64,000 nucleotides of DNA from a virus. Shown in pieces: positions 28,854 through 39,600 of the stretch. The notes under the pieces are model-generated. The model did not search any database and was not told where the DNA came from. It saw only the letters and a list, made by a program, of their open reading frames with translations. Made by a program: the position numbers and the translations under genes. The first letter of the stretch is position 1, and each line of letters starts with the position of its first letter. The DNA lies in IMG/VR virus record IMGVR_UViG_3300009159_000032. The stretch is one strand, 5' to 3'.

Positions 28854-29933
28854 ATGGTAAAAACATTTGATGCAGGTAACTTACAAGATATTCCACGCGG
28901 TAGCTTACTGCTTAATGAAAACGATCTAAGCGGAGATTTAATTGACGGCGGCACAATTACCAATTTTGCCAGTACTGGTATTAAAGATTCCAGCACCAAA
29001 CAGACACTGCTAGTCGAAGATGACAAAATTACCGTTAAATCTATCAGTGTAAAGACTGTTGAAGGCGATACAACCATTCGCGGTAATGTTAAAATTTACG
29101 GTGTACTAGATGCTGGTTTTGTCCGAACTACAGAATTAATTACTAATCAAATCTACGAAAAACAATATCTAGAATTTGCCCTAGGCGAATCTGGTACCAA
29201 TATAGGTACAGGACTTTTATGGCCAGGTGATCCATACAACAAACAGTTGGTGTTAATGGCTGGTCCAGACCGTTTCTTTAGTACAGAAAGTATTGAAATT
29301 GCTCGTGGACGAGATTTCATGATTGGCGGGACTAGTGTTATTAATCTTGAATCCTTAGGCAGCAGTGTTGTAAATTCCAGTTTAAAAACTCTTGGAACAC
29401 TGCGAGAATTAAATGTCAGTGGCCGTGTAAATTGGAATGACTATGTTTGGTTTGATCCTAGTAGTAATCGCTTTAGTCTAGGACAAGACCAACCTACTGC
29501 ATTGTTTACAGTATACGATTATCCTAACAATGTAGAAATAGTTATTGATGTTGATAAAAACTCCAGAGGTAGAATTGGTACTTTTAATACCAAGCCGTTG
29601 GATTTAATCACAGACGACCAAGTTCGAATTAGTGTAAGTGAACAAGGTCATATTACTCTAGGGCAAGAACTTCGTGACAGCACAGTCATTCGTGCATACG
29701 GCAAGTTGTCTGTTAATGTTAAGAACCCTACAGAAGATTTTGAAGTAGGCGGCAACATGCGTGTGGCTGGTAAGTTACATGCTCGAGGTATTGAGCCGCC
29801 AACACAAGGTACTTTTGTTCAAGGTGATATAGTTTGGAACAATAGTCCGTTACCTACTGGGTATATTGGATGGGTCTGCGTAAGAGGCGGAACTCCGGGT
29901 ACTTGGAAAACATTTGGACAAATTAGTCCTTGA
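28854..29933 (+). CDS. Putative virion/tail structural protein
   Basis: Beta-rich; C-terminal GDIVWN..GWVC..GTPGTWKTFG fibre-like motif; preceded by TAAATA. Confidence 0.5.
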   Translation: MVKTFDAGNLQDIPRGSLLLNENDLSGDLIDGGTITNFASTGIKDSSTKQTLLVEDDKITVKSISVKTVEGDTTIRGNVKIYGVLDAGFVRTTELITNQIYEKQYLEFALGESGTNIGTGLLWPGDPYNKQLVLMAGPDRFFSTESIEIARGRDFMIGGTSVINLESLGSSVVNSSLKTLGTLRELNVSGRVNWNDYVWFDPSSNRFSLGQDQPTALFTVYDYPNNVEIVIDVDKNSRGRIGTFNTKPLDLITDDQVRISVSEQGHITLGQELRDSTVIRAYGKLSVNVKNPTEDFEVGGNMRVAGKLHARGIEPPTQGTFVQGDIVWNNSPLPTGYIGWVCVRGGTPGTWKTFGQISP

Positions 29934-29937
29934 TCAC

Positions 29938-29966
29938 TTGACAAGAGTAAATATGTGTCTTATACT
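29938..29966 (+). promoter_or_regulatory. sigma70-type promoter for queD
   Basis: TTGACA-N17-TATACT. Confidence 0.8.
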
Positions 29967-30056
29967 ATAAGACACAGTGGTCTTTTACGTCATTCATCCC
30001 ACTTTAAATATTCTGCATGTCGTCAAACTTGCTACTTTTATTAAAGGAGACTAGAG

Positions 30057-30563
30057 ATGGCAAATCTTCAATCAGTACTATACAAGTACACCAGCACTAA
30101 AGAATACCACGATGCATTTCCCTGTGCATATCGACAGTGGCGAGCCGATAGCCACTGCAATCTAATTCACGGCTATTCATTTAGCATGAAGTTCTATTTT
30201 GGAACTAACGACTTAGATGTGCGTAATTGGGCCGCCGACTACGGTGGTTTAAAAGAACTAAAGAAAACTTTAGAAGATCAATTCGATCACACACTTATTG
30301 TAGCAGCTGATGATCCAGAAATGGCTACATACAACTTGCTACAAGAAAAGAAAATGGCTAAAATTGTGGTCCTACCTAAACTAGGCTGTGAGGGACTCAG
30401 TGATATGTTGTACAAATATGTCAACGGTGTTTATATTCCAGAAATGTGGGGACCAGGCGAGGCAGCTAGACTTTGGTGTTATCGTGTAGAAGTACGTGAA
30501 ACACAATCAAACATGGCATTCCGAGAAGGGCATCGTGAATGGAATGAGGATCTATTTGCATGA
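30057..30563 (+). CDS. queD: 6-carboxy-tetrahydropterin / 6-pyruvoyl-tetrahydropterin synthase (QueD-like)
   Basis: HCNLIHGYS, DYGGLKELK..LEDQFDH and VEVRET; AAGGAG RBS. Confidence 0.82.
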   Translation: MANLQSVLYKYTSTKEYHDAFPCAYRQWRADSHCNLIHGYSFSMKFYFGTNDLDVRNWAADYGGLKELKKTLEDQFDHTLIVAADDPEMATYNLLQEKKMAKIVVLPKLGCEGLSDMLYKYVNGVYIPEMWGPGEAARLWCYRVEVRETQSNMAFREGHREWNEDLFA

Positions 30564-30706
30564 ATATGACTGACAAGGATTGGTTAGAACGTGTGACCAT
30601 AGCCTATCGAGCATACCCCTATCCAAGTAAAGACCTTGAAACATTTATACATTGGTTGTATAATCAATACGGGATAGTAGAACCCAAAAAGGAAAACGAT
30701 GATTAA
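30560..30706 (+). CDS. Small hypothetical protein (48 aa, not in ORF track)
   Basis: ATGA overlap with queD; [12 protein letters not shown]... Confidence 0.55.
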   Translation: MNMTDKDWLERVTIAYRAYPYPSKDLETFIHWLYNQYGIVEPKKENDD

Positions 30707-31637
30707 GAAAATATTAGTAACTGGTGGTGCTGGTTTTTTAGGTAGTCACCTCTGCGATAGATTAGTTGCAGAAGGACATCATGTGCTGTGTGTAGACAAC
30801 TACTTTACAGGCAGTAAAAAGAATATCGAACATCTGCTACCTAACCCAAATTTTGAAGTACTTCGACAAGATGTATGTTTTCCGCTGTACGTTGAAGTGG
30901 ACGAAATTTATAACTTAGCCTGCCCTGCTAGTCCATTTCATTATCAGTATGATCCTATTCAAACAATGAAGACCAGTGTACTAGGTGCATATAACCTACT
31001 AGGACTGGCTAAACGTACCGGTGCTAAAATATTACAGGCTAGCACTAGCGAAATTTATGGTGATCCTGTTGTACATCCACAACCTGAACAGTATTGGGGT
31101 AATGTAAATCCAATTGGTGTTCGCAGTTGCTATGACGAAGGTAAACGTGCCGCAGAAACCTTGTTTATGGATTACTATCGTGTTCATGACGTTAGGGCTA
31201 AGATCATACGTATTTTTAATACCTACGGACCTAGACTGGCACAAGGTGATGGCCGTGTTGTCAGCAATTTTATTGTACAGGCATTGCAGGGCAAGGATAT
31301 CACAGTTTACGGTAGCGGTCAACAAACTCGTAGTTTCTGTTATGTGGATGATCTAATCGACGGAATGATGGCCATGATGAATCATACAGATGACGAATAT
31401 ATCGGACCAGTGAATTTAGGCAATCCCGGCGAGTTTACTATCTTTGAATTGGCTGAAAAAGTAATTGAATTGACTGGTTCCAAAAGTATAATACTCCAAC
31501 AACCGTTACCACAAGATGATCCGAAACAACGCCGACCAAATATTCAAGAAGCCAAGGGCATGTTAAAATGGGAACCAAAGATTGATCTGGACACAGGACT
31601 TGAAAAAACCATTGACTATTTTAGAAAAATCCTGTAA
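30699..31637 (+). CDS. UDP-glucuronate decarboxylase (UDP-xylose synthase-like SDR)
   Basis: [28 protein letters not shown] and RIFNTYGPR. Confidence 0.88.
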   Translation: MIKKILVTGGAGFLGSHLCDRLVAEGHHVLCVDNYFTGSKKNIEHLLPNPNFEVLRQDVCFPLYVEVDEIYNLACPASPFHYQYDPIQTMKTSVLGAYNLLGLAKRTGAKILQASTSEIYGDPVVHPQPEQYWGNVNPIGVRSCYDEGKRAAETLFMDYYRVHDVRAKIIRIFNTYGPRLAQGDGRVVSNFIVQALQGKDITVYGSGQQTRSFCYVDDLIDGMMAMMNHTDDEYIGPVNLGNPGEFTIFELAEKVIELTGSKSIILQQPLPQDDPKQRRPNIQEAKGMLKWEPKIDLDTGLEKTIDYFRKIL

Positions 31638-31646
31638 AATATTGTT

Positions 31647-31826
31647 ATGGAACAAAATATCAATACATGGACAATTACAGTAGAAGAAGACCCAGACACT
31701 GGTGATCTCATTCTTCCTTTTCCTAAAGACTTCCTTACTCAAACAGGTTGGATCGAAGGCGACACATTGGAATGGATTGACAAGGAAGATGGATCGTGGA
31801 TTTTACAGAAAGTTAAAAGTGATTAA
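31647..31826 (+). CDS. Small AbrB/MazE-like protein (59 aa, not in ORF track)
   Basis: GDLILPFP...GWIEGDTLEW swapped-hairpin pattern. Confidence 0.55.
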   Translation: MEQNINTWTITVEEDPDTGDLILPFPKDFLTQTGWIEGDTLEWIDKEDGSWILQKVKSD

Positions 31827-32832
31827 ACGAATTGGATTTGCCTGCAAATGGATCGATGGTCCTAGTCAAATTAATGGTATTAAACAAACTGATACTGCTC
31901 GTGCATTCAACACTGGCAGCACTACTGTTGCTTGGCTGAAGCGTCAAACTCGAGAAGTAGCAGAACAAAAGCTATGGGACTTGATGGTCCAAAATATTGA
32001 ATCAACCCGTAAACTTGTAGAAAGAGTAGGTACACTTGATGACAATCTTCGAATGGTTAGGATTAGCAGCGACATTTTGCCTGTGTATACTCAGTGCAAT
32101 TATAGTTATTTTTGGACCCAACCCAGTGTTAGAAGTTATTGCGAGATTCACTTTGCTGAAGTAGGACGCATAGCACGTGAACAAGATGTGCGTCTTAGTA
32201 TGCATCCAGGCCAGTTTACAGTATTAGCCAGTGAAAATCCTGGCATTGTGGAACGTAGTATTGAAGAATTTGAATACCATGCAGACATGGCTCGCTGGAT
32301 GGGCTATGGCTGTAAATTTCAAGACTTTAAAATAAATGTACATATAAGTGGAAAACAAGGTCCTGCTGGTATTAGGGCCGCACTTAAACGACTTTCGCCA
32401 GAGGCACGAAACTGTATTACTATCGAGAATGACGAGATTTCCTGGGGACTCGATGCTAGCCTGGAACTTGAAAAAGACCTTGCTCTAGTATTAGATATTC
32501 ATCACCATTGGATTAACACAGGAGAATATATTGAAGCAAACGATGACCGCATTAAAAGGGTTATTGATAGCTGGCGCGGTGTCCGGCCTGTTATACATTA
32601 CAGTGTTAGCCGTGAAGATGTACTCGTCGATCATGACCCTAGAAGTCGCCCTGCTTTGGAGTCTTTGCTTGTAGAAGGCTATAAAAAATCTAAACTTCGA
32701 GCACACAGTAATTTCTATTGGAATGAACCAGTTAACCAGTGGGCACTGACACACAGTGAATGGGCTGATATTATGTGCGAGAGTAAAGGTAAGAATCTTG
32801 CCAGTTTTGCACTTTATGAACAATCAAAATAA
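31819..32832 (+). CDS. uvsE: UV-damage endonuclease
   Basis: RIGFACK, RISSD, SMHPGQF, IENDE and LDIHH; GTG start at 31819. Confidence 0.9.
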   Translation: MIKRIGFACKWIDGPSQINGIKQTDTARAFNTGSTTVAWLKRQTREVAEQKLWDLMVQNIESTRKLVERVGTLDDNLRMVRISSDILPVYTQCNYSYFWTQPSVRSYCEIHFAEVGRIAREQDVRLSMHPGQFTVLASENPGIVERSIEEFEYHADMARWMGYGCKFQDFKINVHISGKQGPAGIRAALKRLSPEARNCITIENDEISWGLDASLELEKDLALVLDIHHHWINTGEYIEANDDRIKRVIDSWRGVRPVIHYSVSREDVLVDHDPRSRPALESLLVEGYKKSKLRAHSNFYWNEPVNQWALTHSEWADIMCESKGKNLASFALYEQSK

Positions 32833-33101
32833 TGTTTGGCAGCAACTACAACGATCATAGAGCCAGCCTAGGATACTCAGTTAGAAGTAGGAAAGAAATG
32901 GACCAAGCATTTTATAATCGAGCTCAGTGGTCATTGAAGTTTGCATTAGTTCCACACAGATGCGACATAACTAAAAAACTTGTTTGGCTAGACTATGCGT
33001 ATCGTGGCGTTGCTATATGGACTGGTCCAGGAGACGATGCTATCGAAACTCGCTGGCATAGCAAGCTCGAACATGTAATATTCCAATTAAAAAGGGCTTA
33101 A
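32832..33101 (+). CDS. Hypothetical protein
   Basis: TAATG coupling with uvsE. Confidence 0.55.
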   Translation: MFGSNYNDHRASLGYSVRSRKEMDQAFYNRAQWSLKFALVPHRCDITKKLVWLDYAYRGVAIWTGPGDDAIETRWHSKLEHVIFQLKRA

Positions 33102-33111
33102 AAGCCCTTTT
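33090..33111. terminator. Bidirectional terminator
   Basis: AAAAGGGC-TTAAAA-GCCCTTTT between convergent genes. Confidence 0.75.
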
Positions 33112-33112
33112 A

Positions 33113-33469
33113 TTATTTTGCCGTTTTAGCAGTTTTCTTTACTGCTGGTTTTTTAGCAGGAGTTGCTGCCTTTAGCTCACGCGGTTTGCGTGGCTTTTTA
33201 GCAGGTGTAGCACCACTAATATCCATTGGTTCTAGATCAAGTGCAACTGCAACTGGATCAACCTTGTTTTCTACAACAGTGGTCACAGCTTCTGCCGCTG
33301 TAGAAGTAGCAGGTGCAACATCACTAGTTTTAACATGAATTTTTCCATCGGCTACCTTATTGCCAAAAGGCCATTCTTTATTGTCGTTGACAGATTCTGT
33401 CGGTTTCTTTTCTCTAAAAATCATGTATAGCACTGCTACACATACTATCGCTAATAAAATATATCCCAT
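33113..33469 (-). CDS. Membrane-anchored protein with a Lys/Ala/Pro-rich tail
   Basis: AGGAG RBS before ATG 33469; N-terminal TM helix; PAKKP repeats. Confidence 0.65.
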   Translation of the reverse strand: MGYILLAIVCVAVLYMIFREKKPTESVNDNKEWPFGNKVADGKIHVKTSDVAPATSTAAEAVTTVVENKVDPVAVALDLEPMDISGATPAKKPRKPRELKAATPAKKPAVKKTAKTAK

Positions 33470-33645
33470 TCTAATCTCCTTGCAAGTAAGTATTGAATAC
33501 AGTTTATTTAATACTACGTTAATGACCAGACAAAAAAACATTCTACGTGCTTTGACTAACTTAAAATAAATACTTGTTAGAATACTACCTGCAAAAATTT
33601 GGCAGATTTTTACCATAATAAATATGGTATAGTACAGAGGAAAAC

Positions 33646-36600
33646 ATGGCTACTCAACAACTTATTAACATCGGAAGTCAACCAAATGACGGCACAGGCG
33701 ACAGCGTTTATGTTGCTTTTCAGAAAGTAAATTCCAACTTTAACGACATCTTTACGCTATTAGGCTATGGTGCTGGTTTCAGCTTTCTAAGATTAAAAGA
33801 AGCGCCGGGGTCGTTAACTCCTAATGCAATTATGCAGGTCAATGCTTTAGGTACAAAATTTGTTAATAAAACACTAGTTGCAGGCACAGGTATGACTATT
33901 GACACTGTGTCGAGCTCAACTGAAATTAGAATTATCAATACATCAAGCAGACTAGTAACAGATAGAAGTCCACAACTAGGCGGGGATTTAGACGGTCAAG
34001 GATCTTTTAATTTAATCAACATGGATACTACTTCTCCGCATAATGATTATGATGCTGTTAGTAGAAAATGGGTCTACGAAAACTTTTTAAATAGAGACGG
34101 TGTTACAGTTTACGATACAACAAGCAGTTTCGAAATTCCTTATAATCAAAAGAGTGTTTTACGAGATAACATCGAAATGTCTTCGGTTCCAGTAGAACCA
34201 ACACACCTTGTAAACAAAACTTATGTCGACGATCTAATCGAAACCAGCGGTTTTGCCAGTCGAACAAACTTTTATGTTTCGACAAACGGTGACGATAACA
34301 GATTTAATATTCCTACCTACAAGAGAGGTAGAAATTTTGCCTATGCTTTTAAGACTGTTAACAGAGCTGCTAAAGCTGCACAACAATTTATTGACGCCAG
34401 TGAGATTGTTCTAGGTCCTTATCAAAAGACCATTACGCATGCCGAAGGTTTATATAAATCAACGGTAGCTGCTATTACAACCAGCACAATATTGCCAGCA
34501 AGCTCATTTGGTATAAGATTACGTGTTGATTTAGACGCAAGTTCAATTAATATTGGCACCGACCCGTATATTAACCGTAGTATTTTTCCAGGAAATTATC
34601 TTATTGGGGCATCTAGTGAAGCAGTAGGATTGATTGAATCTATTGTATTGGACCCAATCAATGGTTATGAATACTATGATATCACTCCTTACGATTATGC
34701 CAAACCATACAGAATCACTGCTACTCCTGATAACGTATTAGATACCAGTGTCGAATTTACATTTGGAGTAGGAGAAACAATTGATATTCCAGATTTCTGG
34801 ATTGGCTATAAATTTGTAATTTCAAATTCTAGTTATAACGTTATTGGATATGGTACTATTACTGCAATTAATACTACCTATGATGCATCACTAAATGTTG
34901 TGGATACCGTTACTGTTGACTTTAGTAACGGTCAATTACCGCCAACAGACAACACTATTGACTTTGATAAATGGCATGTTTTTACTGCTGACTACGAACT
35001 AGGTGAAGAACTGCAATGGGGTCAAAGACAAAATAAAAATCAATGTTCGATCATGATCGAATCTGGTGAACACGAAGACCAATATCCAATTAAAATTTCT
35101 GAAAACGTGTCTTTACGTGGAGATGAATTTAGACGTAGTATTCTTAAACCAGCACCTTTATTTGGTACACGATTACCAAGTATTAGTTCATCTAAATGGG
35201 CAAATACATATTTCTTTAGAGATACACAGACTGACGGTATTATTACCGCTCCTATAAACACAGCAACAGATTATAATAGTGCCGGTAGTTCTATTACTAT
35301 TGATGCTGTAAATAATAATAGTATAACTGGTGTTGTAACTGTTACTCTTGCTATTGGTACTGCACCAACTGCATGGATTGGTAAGGTATTTAAAACCAGC
35401 GGATCTATTGATGCTATAGGTGAAGTTAAAGCGGTAAATGGTCCTACATTCACAGTCGCACTAGCTCAAAATAGCGAATACAGAAAAGAAGTAGGTAATT
35501 ATTCAGCAGGTGCAACCATTGCTAGTGCCGATTGGCATTTGTATAATCCTGTAAATTATGCATACCACTATCTTAGAGATCCTCTAAGACCAGTTGATAC
35601 ACTGACTACAATTACAAATTATGGCGGTATTAATAATGCTGCTATCCTACTTGAGTCAAACAAAGAATTTATTAAAGCAGAGTGTATAGCATATCTTATA
35701 GCAACATTCACATCATTTGTATTTGATCAAGACAAATGTGCTCGAGACCTTGGAATTATTGTCGATTCTCTAGTCTACGATTTAAGAAGCGGTGGTAATA
35801 ATAGAACCATCAATGCTGGCGATAGTTATAGAGAAGTTGCTGTTGTTAAACAAACTCAGCTAACTGAAACTGTGGCTGCAATCGGGTATATTAATCAGAT
35901 CGGTCAGTCTATCATTAATAATGTAGCAGTTGCTCCTATTAGATCTAGCGAGACTCAGGTATATGATGTAACATTAACCACTGAACTTGTTGCAAGTAGT
36001 ATTCTATACGATCTAGTAAGAGCTTGTTATAGAATTGTTAACAACGATCCAGACTTTAATCCTCCAAAATATAACGATCAAATGGACGTTTTATTGATGA
36101 ATGACGCTACATTGAATCGATATGTTAGTGCTCAGGGCCATGGCGGATTTATGAAAGTATTAGATCCAGATGGTCAAATCTTAGCTAAATCGCCGTACAC
36201 ACAAACTTGTTCAAGTTTTTCAAAGAGCTATAATAGACAAGTATTCAGTGGCGGTATGTTTATTGATGGCTTTGCAGGAAATACCAAAGTTACACCAGCA
36301 TACATCACAACCAGCACTCAAGGATTTCCTACTAAAATCAGTGCTACTACTACAGGTAGTATGGGACGTCCTTCTATTATACCAGGCGAAGGATACATTA
36401 GACCACAAACACCTTGTTTCTTTGTAAACAAAGGAATTACCTATGAAGTTAGCTTTATCAGCGAATGGGACGGTACTAACGGTACCGGCGGATTAAATAT
36501 CAACCCATTGCGTCCAGGAGGTATTGCCAGCGTTCCTGCAATCAGTGCCACTGGATTTATGACAGGCTCTACTCAGACTGTTACTGTGAGATTTAGTGCT

Positions 36601-39600
36601 CCGACACAAAGCGGAGGATTAACAGCTACAGGTACCGCTGTGATCAGTCATTTAGGCGCTGTTACAGCTCTTAATGTTACATTCCCAGGTACAGGATATA
36701 CTAACGGAACATACACCAATGTATCAATAGGAGCACCAACTATTATTATTGGCGGTGCAAGATTAAGTTGGACACTAAGCTCAACAGGATCAGTTACTGC
36801 TTGTACAATTATCGACGGCGGTTTAGGTTATGCAATAGGTACAAAAATTACCTTTCCATCAGGACCTGTTAGTACAGCAACAGGTGTTGTCTCAACTGTT
36901 GATGGATTTGGTAAAATAACAGGAATAACAATCAACAACGGTGGGGGTGGGTATTTGTCTGACCCTCCTGTAACTTTTGGTACAAATCTTACCTATACTG
37001 TAAATGTTAAACCAGGATTTAATGTCACTGCTGATAATCCTTTACCATCAGATATCACGCTAATAACTGCTGGTAATCGAAGTATGCTAGCCAATGACTT
37101 TACACAAATCAACGACCTTGGCTACGGAATTTTCTGTACCAATGGTGGACTTGTTGAAAACGTTAGTATGTTTACATACTATTGCTACAGTGCGTACTAT
37201 GCTCTTAACGGTGCTCAATGCCGTAGTATTGCAGGTTCTACATCAAATGGTCTAAATGGTCTAAAGGCAGAAGGCAGCGATCCTTTAGAAGTTCCTGTTG
37301 GTGTTAGAAACAAATATCCTATGAGTCAGATAGCTACAGTAAATGCCGTAGCGACTTACACTAATTTCATAAATGATTTTACACTGTACGTAGATGGGTT
37401 GACATATCCTCCAACTGCACAGAGTCAAATTGAAGTAAATCACAGTGGTACTGTTCAAATATATCTTATTAGAGCAGCACAACAAGACGAATCTGATAGT
37501 AATGTTTATAGTTTATCTATTGACGACGGTGCCGGCGGTGGCTTAGTTGCTGCTGTAGAAGATAATAGACCAGTTATAATTAGAACTTACTATAATCAAA
37601 CATTGTTAGATCTTAATGCCGCAACATTGTCTCGTCCTAGCACTGTGTTAACATACACTGAAGATCCCACATACGTTTATCGTATTTTAAGTTATGCTGA
37701 TCTTGGCGCAGATACTGCACTTGCAGAAGGCGATAGCCCTTACAATTATATTATTATAAGTCCGTATACTGAAAATGACCGATTTAGACAAGGTTTAGGA
37801 AATATCACTGTCACTGCTGGCGGCAGTGGTTATACACCAAGCTCAACTGTAGATGCTGTTATTCCTGCACCAAGCACTGCCGGTACCGGTACTGTGGCAG
37901 TAACTTCAGCAAATACTGATCTTATATATCTAAGTGCCGGATATAATACAATTATGCCAGGTAGTAGAGTTACACTAACATCAGGTGGTGGAGATCCTAA
38001 CGGTGTTCCAACTTATGTTACCTGGGTTGATTCAACTAAAACTGCGGTTAGAGTTAATAAAGCATGGACTTGGACTAGCAGTACTGCTTTAACATTCTCT
38101 GGCACACAAGCAGCAGGTTATGGAGTTACTAACAGCTCCGGAGTCATAACTCATGTAGTACTAAGTAACCAAGGTTCTGGATATTCAGGAACCAGTGTCC
38201 GTAATATTACATTTGCTTCAGGTACAGGTACAGCCACAGCTTATGCAGTTGGTGTAACAGGCGCTACAAAAATTAAAATTGTCGATTTAGATGTTACAAG
38301 TCAAGCTAGACTATCGTCGGGATTTTCTAATGGATGGTACTATACATTCGGTCACGAAGGTATAATGTATAAAGTTACAGGTTATACCAACGCATTAACT
38401 ACTAAAAATGACTGGGGAGAACTAACTGTAGAACGTCTAAGTGACGGTGGTTCTATATCAAATGATATTCTTCAAACTGAACTAAAGGCAGGTATCACAG
38501 CCAACCAATCGGGACAGGTGACTTCAAGAATATCAACAATGCGTGTTACAGGACACGATTTCTTAAACGTTGGAACAGGCGGTTATGCTGATAGTAAATA
38601 TCCAAATGATCTATACGGTCCTCCAAACAATCCAGTAGACAGTGCTTTAGAAGTTCAACAGGTTGGTAAGGGTCGTGTTTATTATGCAACCACTGACCAA
38701 GATGGTAATTTTAAAGTTGGAGAATTTTTTAGTGTTGATCAAGGACGAGGTACTGTAAGTATCAGTGCGCCAGTGGCGTTAACTAACGTTGACGGTATTA
38801 GTTTTAAACGCGGTCAATCACTAATACAAAAATTCTCTGTAGATGGCACTATGGGAGGAAACAGTAACAATGCTGTTCCAACAGAACGTGCTATACAAAG
38901 TTACGTTAACAATAGATTAGGTATTAATAAAAACAATACAGTAGCAGGTGTTCAACTTCTAGGTAGCGGCTTCTTAGATCTAGGCGGCGTCCTTGATATG
39001 AAAGCTAATATCAAGATGGGAACTAACCGTGTTACCAACATGGGTGATCCAGTCAATCCTCAAGATGCGGTTACTAAAGCGTGGGGAGATTTAAATTACG
39101 TCAACACCAGCGGCGATACCATGGTTGGTACTTTAGCTACACAGATCTTAGAACCAACCACTAACGGTACTTACAGAATAGGCAATACTGGCAAAGCCTA
39201 TACAAACATATATGCCAATAACTTTGTTGGGACAGCATCAAGAGCATTGGTTTTTAATACTGCAAGAACAATATCATTTACAGGTGATGTAACTGGTTCA
39301 TTCTCATTAGATGGCAGTACTGATATTAGCACAGCACTAACTATTGCTGCTAATAGTGTAGCATTAGGTACTGATACAACAGGTGACTATGTTGCTACGG
39401 GTGCTACTAGCGGGTTTGGTATTAGCGGAAGTACTTCTGGTGAAGGTCAAACATTCACTGTTACTTCTAATGCAACAAGTACCAACGCTGCTAACACTAT
39501 TGTATTTAGAGATGCATCTGGTGTGTTTGGCGGAACTGCTGTACAAGCACAATACGCCGACTTGGCAGAAAAATATGTTCCAGACGCTCATCATTCTCCT

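Noticed and set aside
31702-31818. N-terminal extension of UvsE in the ORF track
   Set aside because: It overlaps a better 59-aa ORF in another frame; UvsE homology begins at GTG 31819.
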